A stretch of 64,000 bases of DNA from an uncultured Planctomycetaceae bacterium (lineage in GTDB: Bacteria; Planctomycetota; Planctomycetia; Isosphaerales; Isosphaeraceae). Position numbers and translations under genes: made by a program. Location of the stretch: contig CAWIAD010000002.1 in NCBI GenBank assembly GCA_963833985.1, positions 4,736,001 to 4,800,000 of the forward strand. Reading direction: 5' to 3'. The notes beneath the pieces are model-generated. The model saw only the letters and a program-made list of their open reading frames with translations, searched no databases and was not told the origin of the DNA. Within the stretch, counting starts at the first letter, position 1. The number at the start of each line of letters is the position of its first letter. This document shows, in pieces, positions 27,576 through 38,279 of this stretch.

Positions 27576-28857
27576 TCCCGCACGACCTCTCACGCCGCTC
27601 GTTCTTGAAGACCACCATGACGCTCGCCGGCTCAGCCGGCTGGATCGGCAGCGCGGCCGCGGCGCGTGCGGCCGTGACGGGCGGGCCGCTCATCGCCTAC
27701 GTGGGGACGTTCAGCTCTCCGCTGCACGACGTCCTGCCGACCCAGGTGGATCGCCCGCCCGGCAACGGGCGCGGGATTCACATCTTCCACGTGTCTCGCG
27801 AGAACGGGGCGATGACGCCCGCGGGTATGGCCGCCCTGGGCACGAGCCCGAGCTGCCTGGCTCTCGATCGCAAGGGACTTCGGCTTTATTCCGCGAACGA
27901 GACGGATGACGCGGGCCCGGACAAGCAGGGCACCGTCAGCGCCTTCGCCATCGACCGGACCAGCGGCAAGCTGGATCTGCTGAACACGGTCCCATCCAGC
28001 GGCGCCGGGCCGACGTACGTGAGCCTTCATCCCTCGGGCCGGTTCCTGCTCGTGGCGAACTATTTCGGGGGCTCCGTCGCAGTCTTGCCGATTGTTGCCG
28101 GGGGCCGCCTCGGCAGAGCGACGGACATCAAGGTCGATGCCGGCAAGATCGGCCCGACCCGGGCGAGCCATGCACCACCGGGAAGCTTTGCCATCAGCGG
28201 CCACGACCGGACCCACGCGCACATGATCCAGGCGGATCTCGCGGGCGCTTCGTGCTGCACGCCGACCTCGGGCTGGATACCATCTTCGTCTGGCGGTTTG
28301 ATGCGGAACAGGGTCTGCTGGGCCCGGCCGCGTTCCCTTCTTTTGCGCTGCCGCCGGGAGACGGCCCGCGCCACTTCTGTTTTCATCCCACGGGCCGCTG
28401 GCTGTATTCGATCCAGGAGGAGGCGTCGACGGTCGTCGTCTTCGACTACGACTCGACCACAGCTCGGCTCCGCGAACGCCAGACCATCTCGACGCTGCCC
28501 CGGGGATTCGCCGGCAGCAACTTTTGCTCCGAGATCCTGGCTTCCGCCGACGGCCGGTTCCTCTACGCCGGCAACCGGCTGCACGACAGCATCGCCATCT
28601 TCTCGATCGGTGCGGACGGCCGCCTGGCCTGGCTCGGAGAGGAATGGACGCGCGGCGACTATCCGCGCAGCTTCGGCTTCGACCCCACCGGCAGGTTCCT
28701 CTTCTGCTGCAACCAGCGCAGCGACCACGTTGCGGTGTTCCGCGTCGCTCGCGACACGGGGGGGCTGGCGTTCACGGGCCACTACGCCGCCGTCGGCAAC
28801 CCCTCGGCGATCGCGTTCCTGGACGCCGTGGACGCGGGTCAAGGCCGTCATTCTTGA
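27572..28857 (+). CDS. Tat-exported lactonase (6-phosphogluconolactonase / cycloisomerase beta-propeller); indel near 28243
   Basis: LSRRSFLK, AYVGT, LVANYFGG, HAHMI, ADLGLD, GPRHF, YPRSF, CNQRSD. Confidence 0.87.
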
Positions 28858-28890
28858 AGAGGTTGCCCGCGACGCGATGGCTGCCTTCAC

Positions 28891-31227
28891 TCACTCGCGT
28901 AATCGGGCCGACGCCGAATCGCGCTGCAAGCTCTCGAGAAAGCCGCGGAGGTCCTCGCCTGTTGCGACATCGGGAGCGGCCGGCGCCAGAGCAGGCGAGG
29001 CGGCAGGCGCAAGAGCAGGTGAGGGCGAAGGGGCCGCCATCACGGCGTCCTGCGCGGGCAGTGCAGTGCTTCTCCGGTTCGCCAGGAACACCTCGAGAAC
29101 GAGCACGACGAGCACCGTCGCGAGAAAGTACTCCCAGAGGCCCGTCCCCTCCCGGAGATGGTCGATCGTCGCGCCGAGCGCTCCGGGATCGGCACAGTAG
29201 ACCAGCGGGCGCGTGCCGAAGCGGGAGCGCAGCTCGGCTTCGGAGAGCGCGCCGGGATCGGATTCCGCAGGATCGATGTTCACGGCGAAGGCGAGCTGGC
29301 GGGCCGCCTGCGTGGAAACGGGGCGGACCAGGTAGATGCCGGGCTCGTGCGTGTCGGCGTAGTGCAGATGGTCCGGATCAGGCTCGGCCGTGCGTACCCG
29401 GAAGACCTCGCCGGAGGGGCGGACGACCTCGACCTCCCGAGGCCCGGGCGAGGTGCGTTCCGGTTCCGGGCCCCTGCTCCGGCCCAGGGGCAACGTCACC
29501 GGTGCGCCGGCGAGCGCCGTGGTGCGCTCGGCCTCCGCGCCGGCGAGGTGCAGCGTGAGCCGCACCAGGAGCGGCAAAAAGATCGGCTTCAGCGGCAGGT
29601 TCGTCCAGTCCACATGCACGGCCATCCCCAGCAGCAACACCGAGCCGGAACCGACAGCACGCTGGGCCAGCACCACGTCTCCGCCCTCGAGCGTGATCAG
29701 GGCCGAGGCGCCGGCCTGCGGGTTCCACGTCATGGGGAAGAACCTGTAGACCAGCACCGACTGGTAAAGCGAGGCGGGTTCGGAGAGCGGCGCCAGGGCC
29801 GGGTCGTCCGTGGCCAGGGCGCCGAAATGCCAGCGATCCCTGGCTCCCGTGGTTGGCAGCCTGGGCGCCTCCAGGGGGGCTGGCAGCAACTGGTTCTGGG
29901 CCAGTGCGTTCATGGCGTTGTACGCACCCGGCTCCACGTTCTGGCCGCAGATCCAGACCAGGTGGCCGCCTCCGCGCGCATAGGCCGCAAGCTTCTCGGC
30001 GGCGGGCGGAGCCAGCGCGGGGAGGTTCACGCAGAAGATCACGGCGTGGGCGGAAAGATCTTCGCCAGCGAGCGATTCGGCAGTCAGGACAGTGGTCTTG
30101 AATGCGCCGCCGACCGCGCCGCTGGGTGCGAAGGCGCGCTGGAGATAAAACGCGTCGTCCGCCTGCGGGACCTCGTCGCGGCGAGCCTTGACGATGGCGA
30201 GGGGCACTTGCTGGTCGACGCTGAGGGCGAAATAGAACCGGTTGTCCAGCGGCGAGCCATCGTCCTCGACGAGCCGCAGTTCGCCCCGATGCACGCCTTC
30301 GCGGTCCAGCGTGAACCGGAATGGATACTTGAGCGCGCTGCCCGGCGGCAGGTTGAGATCAGGGCTGACGGCCTGGCGCATGCCGTCGATTTGCAGCTCC
30401 AGGTGCTTCTGCTGCGGAACGCCCGCGGTATTCTGCACCTCGACGTCGGCCTGGAACGCTGCGCCCGCGACCGGGGCCGGGCTCGAGAGAGACACGCCCT
30501 GGAGGGCCACGTTGGGCGCGGGGTCGCCGGCGACGTTCACGAGGACGACGGGCGCTTGTGGCGGTTCCCTGGCCTTTTTCGGATCATCGTCCGGGGCCGG
30601 CTCCTTCAGGCCCTCCCAGGAGAGGGTCTGGTTGTCCGTGAGCACGTAGATCTCCTTGCGGGATGCATCGGAACCTGCAAGCAGGTCGCGGGCTTGCTGG
30701 ATCTTTGCGGCGAGGTCGGCACGCTCCGCGCTGGGGCGGCACGCGTCGAGCGCCTGGTGCACCGTCTCATGGGTCCGGAAGAGCCGGCCGAGCTCGGGGC
30801 CGGGCGGCCCGCTGGTGGGCAAGAGTGCCACCTGGTCGCCCTGGCGGAGCCGCGAGAGTACCTGCTCGGCGGCCTGCCGGGCGGTCTCCAGCCGGGGCCG
30901 GCCGGAGTCGATGACCGCCATGCTGGCCGAGTTGTCGAGCACGACGGCGATCGCCGCGGTGCGGCTGCCGCCCCAGAGCGAGCCGAAATTCGAAAGCGCC
31001 GGGCGGGCCAGGCCCAGGGCAATGAGGATGAGCACGCCAGCCCGCAGGGCCAGCAGGCTGAGATCCTCGATGTATTTCCGGCGCCTTGTCTTCTGCACGC
31101 TCAGCCGCAGAAACCGCAAGGTACTGAAGCGGACCTCCTTCGCCCGGCGACGGTGGATCAGGTGCACGAGCACCGGGATCAGCCCGGCCAGCGCGGCGAG
31201 TAGAAACAGCGGAGCGGCGAAGGTCAT
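28891..31227 (-). CDS. BatA-domain / vWA membrane protein with Ig-like and GATase-like domains
   Basis: MTFAAPLFLL...IPVLVHLI...FSTLRFL (BatA N-terminal double TM), MIDAS VLDNSASM, LTDNQ, DNRFYF, FAVNIDPAESD, C-terminal TM. Confidence 0.87.
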   Translation of the reverse strand: MTFAAPLFLLAALAGLIPVLVHLIHRRRAKEVRFSTLRFLRLSVQKTRRRKYIEDLSLLALRAGVLILIALGLARPALSNFGSLWGGSRTAAIAVVLDNSASMAVIDSGRPRLETARQAAEQVLSRLRQGDQVALLPTSGPPGPELGRLFRTHETVHQALDACRPSAERADLAAKIQQARDLLAGSDASRKEIYVLTDNQTLSWEGLKEPAPDDDPKKAREPPQAPVVLVNVAGDPAPNVALQGVSLSSPAPVAGAAFQADVEVQNTAGVPQQKHLELQIDGMRQAVSPDLNLPPGSALKYPFRFTLDREGVHRGELRLVEDDGSPLDNRFYFALSVDQQVPLAIVKARRDEVPQADDAFYLQRAFAPSGAVGGAFKTTVLTAESLAGEDLSAHAVIFCVNLPALAPPAAEKLAAYARGGGHLVWICGQNVEPGAYNAMNALAQNQLLPAPLEAPRLPTTGARDRWHFGALATDDPALAPLSEPASLYQSVLVYRFFPMTWNPQAGASALITLEGGDVVLAQRAVGSGSVLLLGMAVHVDWTNLPLKPIFLPLLVRLTLHLAGAEAERTTALAGAPVTLPLGRSRGPEPERTSPGPREVEVVRPSGEVFRVRTAEPDPDHLHYADTHEPGIYLVRPVSTQAARQLAFAVNIDPAESDPGALSEAELRSRFGTRPLVYCADPGALGATIDHLREGTGLWEYFLATVLVVLVLEVFLANRRSTALPAQDAVMAAPSPSPALAPAASPALAPAAPDVATGEDLRGFLESLQRDSASARLRE

Positions 31228-32124
31228 GGGCCTGTCCGTTTCACCAGGTATCGCGAGAGCATCTCGTCGAACGGCGTGGCCGTGTCGGTGAGCACATAAT
31301 CAAACTGGCAATCCGCGCAGATCTTGCGCTGGCGGGCGATGAACGCGTCAAGCTGGCGGCGATACTCGTCGCGCACGTACGCGGGGTCGACCTGGAGCCG
31401 CTCGCCGGTCTCCATGTCCACGAAGCTGGCGGTGTCGCGGAACGGGAAGGTGATCTCGGCATGGTCGAGCACGTGAAAGACGATGACCTCGTGCCGCTTG
31501 TGGTGGAAATGGTGCAACGCTCGGTCCACCGCATCGGGGTCGTCGTAGAGATCGCTGATGAGGAGCACGAGGCAGCGCCTCTTGAACCGGTCGGCCAGGC
31601 GGTGCAGGGTGGCGCCCAGGCTGGTGGCGCGGCCGGGCTTGACGGCCTCGAGCTGGCGCATCATCTCGTCGAAGTGCCGGGGCGAGCTGCGCGCGGGCAG
31701 GTCCAGCCGGACCTTGGTGTCAAAGGTGGTCATCCCCACGGCGTCCTGCTGGCGCATCATGAGGTAAGCCAGGATGGCGGTGAGGAACGAGGCGTACTGG
31801 AGCTTGGTGATTCCCGGCGGCTCGCCGTAGGCCATCGAGGCGCTGCAATCCAGCAAGATCTGGGCGCGGAGGTTGGTCTCCTCCTCGTACTGCTTGATGT
31901 AGAGCCGGTCGGTGCGGCCGAGCACGCGCCAGTCCAGGTGCCGCGGGTTGTCGCCCGGCGTGTACTTGCGGTGCTCGGCGAACTCCACGGAGAACCCCTT
32001 GTAGGGGCTGGAATGGAGCCCGGTGATGAACCCCTCGACCACGCTGCGGGCCAGCAGCGACAGGTTCTTCACCCGGCCGAGCGCCGCGGGGTCGAGATAC
32101 TGGTACGAGCGCCTCCCGGCTCAT
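31224..32124 (-). CDS. DUF58 vWA-like protein (MoxR-associated); indel near 32110
   Basis: YLDPAALGRV, GLHSSP, EFAEHRKYTPGD, LDWR, YEEETN, LLDCSASM, LISDL; ATGA overlap with the upstream gene. Confidence 0.9.
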
Positions 32125-34427
32125 CGTAGTTGACACCTCCGGCGGAGGACCCACTCGGTGGAGAGCACCCCCACGAAGACCACCCAGAAGATCCGGGGGA
32201 AGTAGAGCGGCTGCTCGAGCGCCACGTGCCTGCGCTTCTCCCTGCGATCGAGCTCGCCCAGCAACTGATCGGCCTCGGTGATGTGGAAATAACGCCCGCC
32301 CGTCGCGGAGGCAATCCGCGAGAGGAGCGCGTCGTCGAGGTCCAGCCGATCGAACTCGAGGTTGGGACGGCCCACCTCCACGCTCATCGGGTCGGCCAGC
32401 AGGCTGGCTCCATCAAGCGTGGCGCGAACGGCAATCGTGTGGCTGCCGGGGCTCTTCGGCTCGAAGGTTCCGCGGTAGCTGCCCGCCGACCCCGCCACGG
32501 CGGTCAGGGTCACGGTATCCGTCGTCCCCTGCGGCGTCTTCACCTGGGCGACGGTCTCGGCCTTCTCGGTACCTTCGCCCTCCCGGGTGCGGACCGCGGC
32601 CTCGATGGTGACGGCCGCGTCGGGCTCGTAGTAGGCCTTGTCGGTGCGGGCCGTCACACCCGCCTCGGTCTTGACGTCGGCCGTGCGGTTGGCCAGCCAG
32701 CGGATCATCTGTCCCCAGAACCGGGAGAACGGTGATTCCTGGTCCAGCGCCCGCGGCACCTGCTGCCAGTTCCGCGTGGTATCGCTGGTGAAGACGGCCG
32801 TCCGGCCCTTGCTTGCCGGCTGGACGGCCAGGACGGGGAGCTTGCCGTCCCCGGAAGGGTGCGTGGCCAGGACAAGAGCACCGGGCCGGGCCGCGGCCAC
32901 CCGCACGCAGCCGTCCAGCGGAGGCAGCCCTGATACCTGCGCGGCCGCGCCCGGCCCCGGGAAGAACTTCGCGATGTTGGCGAAGATCGGATGGTCGCGG
33001 CCGGCCGGGGTCAGGATCGGCAGGAACGGATCGGTGATCTGGCCGATGCCGCGATCGCCCGTGACGACCGGCAGAATCGCCTCCAGGGCCGTCTTGCCGT
33101 AGCCGCCCGGTCCCAGGCTGTGGTAGCCGCCGAAGGCCAAGAGCCCCGCACCCGCGCGAACGCGCTGCACCAGAAGCTGCATCGGCTGCGGCTTCCAGTA
33201 GCTGCTGTCCAGGTCGCCCAGCAAGAACACATCGAACTTCTCCAGCGTGGCGGCGTCGCTGGGCAAACCATCAAGCTTCAGGCCCTCCATGTTCGTGCGC
33301 TGGAGGAACGTCCCCGGGCGGGTCTGCACCAGGGCACAGAACTCCAGATCCGGATCGCGCGACAGGAACCGCTGGACGATTGCCCCGTATTCGGCCCGCA
33401 ACGTTCCCTCCAGGTAGAGGACGCGAATCTTGCTATCCACCACCTGGGCGACGGCCGAGCGGTGGTTGTTCTGGGCGACCTTCTCGTCCACAAAGGGCGG
33501 GATGCGGACGGTGTAGGTGTGCCGTCCTTTCACCGCGGGCACGAACTGGAAGACAACCGGCTGCGCTGGCTCACCCGCGCCGAGCACGACCTCCACCTGG
33601 TCGAGCGTCTTGCCGTCCTCCTCGAGGATCGCCCGCGTGACTTGCCCGCCCAGGCCCGACTGGCCCACCTGGGCCGTGATCCGGGCCTTGTTATTCACAG
33701 GCAACTGCTCGGGACAGTCCAGGTCCGTGATCCGCACGTCGCGGTAGGAAGGGCTGTTCTTCAAGCTGTTGCCGACGCCGATGGAATGCACCACCACACC
33801 GAGCTTCCGCGCCGCGGCCACCGGGTCGCCAGCGGCGTTGTGCACGCCGTCGGAAAAGATCACCACGGCCTCGACGTCGCGCTTCGGCACGACGCGTGAC
33901 CCGGCCACCACGGCGCGCGTGAGCGAGGTCGCCTCGCCGGTCGGTTTCAGCCGCCCCAGCTCGCCCGCCTGCTCCAGGGGGACGGCCCGGTCCGAGAACT
34001 CCAGCACGTGCAGGTCGAAATCGCGCTTCAGCCGGCTTGACCAGTCGAGCGCACGTGCCCGCGCCAGGTCGAACCGGCTGGCCCCGCTCGCGTCGTCGGC
34101 CGTGCCCATCGACGCCGAGGTATCGAGCGCCAGGATCACCGCCTTCCGCTCCATCTCCTGGCGCTGGAGGCTGACAACCGGCCGGAACAGCAGCAGCACC
34201 ACCAGCAGGATGGCCACGGCGCGGAGCGCGAACAGGAGCCGCCATCGCGAGGGCATCACCTGGGCGAAGATGCGGCGGTAGAACACGCCCGCCAGCACGA
34301 CCGCCGCCGTGGCGACCGTCAGCATGGTCAGGACGCTATGCCCCTGTTCGAGTGCAATCTGAAACACAAAGCCTGCCCGGTCCGGCGCTGGACCTCGCGA
34401 TGTTATCCTGTTCAAGAATTCTCGCAC
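32121..34427 (-). CDS. vWA + Ig-like + glutamine-amidotransferase-like (DUF1355-type) membrane protein
   Basis: N-terminal TMs, LDTSASM / FSDG MIDAS, FDVFLLGD, GAGLLAFGG..GGYGKTALEAILPV, RFWGQMIRWL, ASATGGRY, EWVLRRR; start uncertain. Confidence 0.85.
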   Translation of the reverse strand: MREFLNRITSRGPAPDRAGFVFQIALEQGHSVLTMLTVATAAVVLAGVFYRRIFAQVMPSRWRLLFALRAVAILLVVLLLFRPVVSLQRQEMERKAVILALDTSASMGTADDASGASRFDLARARALDWSSRLKRDFDLHVLEFSDRAVPLEQAGELGRLKPTGEATSLTRAVVAGSRVVPKRDVEAVVIFSDGVHNAAGDPVAAARKLGVVVHSIGVGNSLKNSPSYRDVRITDLDCPEQLPVNNKARITAQVGQSGLGGQVTRAILEEDGKTLDQVEVVLGAGEPAQPVVFQFVPAVKGRHTYTVRIPPFVDEKVAQNNHRSAVAQVVDSKIRVLYLEGTLRAEYGAIVQRFLSRDPDLEFCALVQTRPGTFLQRTNMEGLKLDGLPSDAATLEKFDVFLLGDLDSSYWKPQPMQLLVQRVRAGAGLLAFGGYHSLGPGGYGKTALEAILPVVTGDRGIGQITDPFLPILTPAGRDHPIFANIAKFFPGPGAAAQVSGLPPLDGCVRVAAARPGALVLATHPSGDGKLPVLAVQPASKGRTAVFTSDTTRNWQQVPRALDQESPFSRFWGQMIRWLANRTADVKTEAGVTARTDKAYYEPDAAVTIEAAVRTREGEGTEKAETVAQVKTPQGTTDTVTLTAVAGSAGSYRGTFEPKSPGSHTIAVRATLDGASLLADPMSVEVGRPNLEFDRLDLDDALLSRIASATGGRYFHITEADQLLGELDRREKRRHVALEQPLYFPRIFWVVFVGVLSTEWVLRRRCQLR

Positions 34428-34669
34428 CCACTCGGCGTGCCGTCAAATCGACGCGCGACAGCCCGGGCCCGTTTCCTTCCCGGACGGGGAAAGAGAAGGC
34501 CAGCTTCGATCACCGTGCAAGCACGCACGAGACGCCGTCCACCTCGGGGCGGAGAGCGCCGGTGGGACTGCGGCGAGCGGCACAGGCGCCGGATCACGAG
34601 GCGGTCTGCCAGCGTGATGTGGCTTCGGGCGGGGCCGGCATGAGTGATCTCGCAAGCCAGGCCGTCACG

Positions 34670-35407
34670 TTAACCGGTCGCGTTCCCGCTCTGGCTACTC
34701 AGCCGAGCCACGAAACGGGCGTGCTCAGCTGAGCTCAGCCCCTGCCGTAGAACCTCCTGCACGCGGGTCTTGTCGCCCCGCACCAAGGCGCCCGCATCGA
34801 GCCAGAGGCCCGCAAAAATCGTGCTGCGGAGAATGCCGTCGGCGTCCGGGACGAGAGGGACGTACCTTCCCTCACGGTTGACGAACCAGTCGACCTGGCG
34901 ATCGAGCACGCGCCAGACGATGTACTCGCCGACGCCGTTGCGCTGGAGCGCTTCCATCTTTCTGCCGAGATCGTAGCTGACGCTGCTGGAGGCAACTTCG
35001 GCGACCAGATCGGGCGCTCCTTCCAGATAGTCATCCGCGCTGATGCCTACCTGACCGCCACGCTCGGGCCGGATGAACAGGCAAGCGTCAGGCTGAGGCT
35101 CATTGGTCGGGTCGAGGCGAATGGTGCCATTATCGCCAGCTTCAACTCCAGGGGTTTCTGTCTCGTACTTTCCTAGCCAGTTCACCAGCCGGGCATGCGG
35201 GTGGCTATGCCGTTCGTGGCGCACCGGTGAGGGAATGTAGACTTCTCCTTCGATCAGCTCCGCCTTCTTGAGATGCGGCATCGCATCGTATCTGCGTTCG
35301 AACTCGTCGCGGGTCAGGCGGTCGCCGTTTTCGAGCGGAGGGATGAATCCGTTCCCGGCGGTCATGCTGGGTTCCGTTGTCAGGACCGGTCGGGTTGAGG
35401 CGGCCAT
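34670..35407 (-). CDS. Uma2 (DUF820) family putative endonuclease
   Basis: LENGDRLTRDEFERRY, AELIEGEV, EPQPD, GAPDLVAEVASSS, GVGEYIVW. Confidence 0.9.
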   Translation of the reverse strand: MAASTRPVLTTEPSMTAGNGFIPPLENGDRLTRDEFERRYDAMPHLKKAELIEGEVYIPSPVRHERHSHPHARLVNWLGKYETETPGVEAGDNGTIRLDPTNEPQPDACLFIRPERGGQVGISADDYLEGAPDLVAEVASSSVSYDLGRKMEALQRNGVGEYIVWRVLDRQVDWFVNREGRYVPLVPDADGILRSTIFAGLWLDAGALVRGDKTRVQEVLRQGLSSAEHARFVARLSSQSGNATG

Positions 35408-35767
35408 GGAATGAGCCTCCGAACGCGGACTTCCTCTGCTCGAGCAACTTGATTCATCCTAGGCGATCTCGCAGCCTCGGCCAAGCCGATGAATGAGATT
35501 CCCCGGCGGATGACCCAGGAGAAACGCACGGCGGCCAGCACTCCGAAGTTCGAATCCGAAGTCGAGTCGATCCGCCGTTGCGTTCACCAAAACGGCCCTT
35601 CGGTGCTGAGGAGTGAGTCCACCAGACCGCACTCGCGCAGGGTCTCGTCTCCTCGCTCACCATCCCCTTGGATCCAGTTCAAGTAGCCGTCCCGAAGGGA
35701 GCCGGTTGATGACGGGTCGCTTCTCTCAAAGAAGAACAGACATCACTGAATAGGAATTCTTTAGCTG

Positions 35768-35991
35768 GTAGGGTGTGTCAAGCGGAGCGACGACGCACCG
35801 TGCTGGCAGATCCACCCCGTACCTCCTTTACTGGACTTCTTGGAGCCACGGGACTGGTGGTGATGGAAACGGAGGGGATCGGCCAGCCGCATGCCTGATC
35901 GCGGGAGGTTGGCAGATGCAAGCAAAGCCAGGCTGCCAGGGCGGCCAACGGCGTGTTCCGGTGCGTCGTCGCTGCGCTTGACACACGGTAC
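35768..35991. repeat. Inverted pair of 33-nt GTAG-type REP-like elements (REPIN-like)
   Basis: 35768-35800 GTAGGGTGTGTCAAGCGGAGCGACGACGCACCG and the reverse complement of 35959-35991 match at 30/33. Confidence 0.8.
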
Positions 35992-36126
35992 AAGTGTCGG
36001 ACACTCCCGGGCCTTCCAGGAGCAGCAAGGGAATGAACGGTCGGAGCTTGTTCAGTTCGGCGGCGTTCCACGTGAACACGGTGGTCCCCAGGTTCCGGGA
36101 TCCCCGGGCCGTGCAGCCTGGAAGCC

Positions 36127-36159
36127 GTAGGGTGAGTCGGGCGGAGCCACAACGCACCG
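36127..36159 (+). repeat. Degenerate copy of the same GTAG REP-like element
   Basis: GTAGGGTGAGTCGGGCGGAGCCACAACGCACCG, same length and ends. Confidence 0.65.
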
Positions 36160-36363
36160 CAGGAAGTTGCGGCCTTGAGCTCATGGAGCGTGGTTCCTCT
36201 GCGGCCTCTGTCCCGACACGCAGACGGGCGATCTCGCCACGCTCCAGCGTCCAGGGAGCTAGAACGATCGCCGCTCGTCGCGGCCACTCGCTTGCTTGGC
36301 CTCGTCGGTTGCGCTACGATGAGTGCCAGGGGCCAGGTCGTGCCGCATCACGAAGCGAGGGCG

Positions 36364-37176
36364 ATGCCGATGTTCAGGATCATGTTCCGCGAATGCCCTG
36401 ACCGGAGCCACGGCTGGCTGTTGTCTTTCTGCCTGGCACTCGCGATGCTGGCCGTCGAGAGCGAGAACACGGCGCGCGGCCAGGGCCAGGACAACCAGTT
36501 TCCGGCCGGCTTCATCGCACTGTTCAACGGGCACGACCTTGCCGGGTGGAAGGTGCCGGAAGGAGATGGCGGGCACTGGAAGGTCACCGATGGCGCGATT
36601 GACTACGACGCCCAGAGCGAGGCCCCGGGCGACAAGAGCCTCTGGCTGGAGCGCGAGTTCACCGACTTCGAGCTGCACATCGACTGGCGGCTGAAGGAAG
36701 CGCCCTACATCAACGAGAATGTTCCTTACATCCTGCCGGACGGCAACCACGCGCGTGACATCCAGGGCAAGGAGCTCAAGCTGGCGCTGCCTGACGCCGA
36801 CTCGGGCGTTTATCTGCGCGGCTCGGGGCGGCACCAGGTCAACATCTGGTGCTGGCCGATCGGCTCGGGAGAGATGTACGGCATCCGCACCGATCCCGGT
36901 ACGGCGCCGGAGCTGCGGGCGGCCGTGACGCCGAGGATGCAGGCGGATCATCCGGTCGGCCAGTGGAACCGATTCGAGATCACCGTCCGCGGCCATACGG
37001 TCAGGACCATTCTGAACGGCAAGGTGGTGATCCCGGGCGCCGTCATTCCCGACCTGCCTGCGCGCGGCCGGCTGGCGCTTCAGCATCACGGCGGGAAGAG
37101 GAACGGCCAGTGGGCCGGACCGCCGAGCCTCGTGCAGTACAAGAATATCTTCATCAAGGAGATCACTCCTGAGTGA
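36364..37176 (+). CDS. DUF1080 (3-keto-disaccharide hydrolase-like) secreted protein
   Basis: GFIALFNGHDLAGW, WKVTDG, FTDFELHIDW, DSGVYLRG, WNRFEI, LALQHHG, YKNIFIKE. Confidence 0.88.
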   Translation: MPMFRIMFRECPDRSHGWLLSFCLALAMLAVESENTARGQGQDNQFPAGFIALFNGHDLAGWKVPEGDGGHWKVTDGAIDYDAQSEAPGDKSLWLEREFTDFELHIDWRLKEAPYINENVPYILPDGNHARDIQGKELKLALPDADSGVYLRGSGRHQVNIWCWPIGSGEMYGIRTDPGTAPELRAAVTPRMQADHPVGQWNRFEITVRGHTVRTILNGKVVIPGAVIPDLPARGRLALQHHGGKRNGQWAGPPSLVQYKNIFIKEITPE

Positions 37177-37285
37177 GCCGGCGCCGGCGCCCACAAGACA
37201 GAGGCGATACCCTCCAGGATCCAGGAACGACGCAATGTCGCGTGCCAATTTGACCGAGGCGTGCCAAGAAAGTGAGGCAACTCTC

Positions 37286-38113
37286 ATGGCAGACCCCCTT
37301 TCCGGCAAGGTGGCCGTGATCACGGGCGGAGCAACGGGCATCGGCAAGGCCGTGGCCACGCGGCTGGCGGCCGCGGGTGCCAGGGTCCTGATCGCCGGCC
37401 GCGACCACGTGCGCGGCAAGACCTCCGCCTTCGACCTGGCGAAACAAGGTTACGAGGTCAAGTTCCTGCGCACCGATGTCCGCATCGAGAACGCCATCAG
37501 CGGCCTCTTCGACCAGGCGCTCGACCTCTACGGTGGCCTAGACTTCCTGTTCAATAACGCGGGCATCGAGGGCGTTTTCGGGCCGATCAGCCAGAGCTCC
37601 GAGGAGATTGTCGAGGACGTGCTGTCCATCAACGTCAAGGGCGTGTTCCTGTGCATGAAGCAGGTGCTGCCGCTGTTCGCCCGGCAAGGGGGCGGCATCA
37701 TCGTGAACACCTCGTCGTTCGTGGGCACGGTCTTGCCGTTCCCCGACGCGGTGCTCCTGGGCGCCACGCAGGCCGGCGTGATCAGCATGACGCAGTCGGT
37801 GGCCGCCGGCTTCACGGGCGAGAACATCCGCGTCTTTGCCGTCTGCCCCTGGCTTACAGACACGGCCTGGGTCGATCGCCTCACTCACCATCAGGCCGAA
37901 GCCAAGAGCCGGCTCGCCGGCATGAACCCCAGCGGCCAGGCCGCCAGCCCCGAGGACGTCGCCAACGTGGTCCTGGCCATGTTCTCCGGCGACCCGGCTT
38001 ACCACAGCGGTGACGCCGTCCTGGTCGATCACGGCGGCACCACCCAGAAGATCCGGCCGATGTCGGTGGTAAGCGAGGGCAGCCCCTCCGCTCGTCCGAT
38101 GAGTCACGGCTGA
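37286..38113 (+). CDS. SDR-family oxidoreductase-like protein lacking the YxxxK motif
   Basis: TGGATGIG, NNAG, INVKG, NTSS, IRVFAVCP; LGATQ sits where YxxxK is expected. Confidence 0.85.
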   Translation: MADPLSGKVAVITGGATGIGKAVATRLAAAGARVLIAGRDHVRGKTSAFDLAKQGYEVKFLRTDVRIENAISGLFDQALDLYGGLDFLFNNAGIEGVFGPISQSSEEIVEDVLSINVKGVFLCMKQVLPLFARQGGGIIVNTSSFVGTVLPFPDAVLLGATQAGVISMTQSVAAGFTGENIRVFAVCPWLTDTAWVDRLTHHQAEAKSRLAGMNPSGQAASPEDVANVVLAMFSGDPAYHSGDAVLVDHGGTTQKIRPMSVVSEGSPSARPMSHG

Positions 38114-38133
38114 GTGGACAGTCGGCAGTCGGC

Positions 38134-38229
38134 TTTGTAGGGTGGGTCGAGCCGCAGGCGAGGCCCACCAGGGCGGCAGCGGCCAGTTTGTAGGGTGGGT
38201 CGAGCCGCAGGCGAGGCCCACCAGGGCGG
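38134..38229 (+). repeat. Tandem direct repeat, 2 x 43 nt (period 53), each a GTAG REP-like hairpin
   Basis: TTTGTAGGGTGGGTCGAGCCGCAGGCGAGGCCCACCAGGGCGG at 38134 and 38187. Confidence 0.9.
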
Positions 38230-38279
38230 AAGTCGGCAGTGGCCAGTCGACAGTTATGGTTGGGACGGGCCAAAGCCAA

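Noticed and set aside
35410..36360. Short ORFs in the Uma2-DUF1080 intergenic region
   Set aside because: No RBS or family motifs; they overlap REP-like elements. An ncRNA cannot be excluded but I see no supporting structure.
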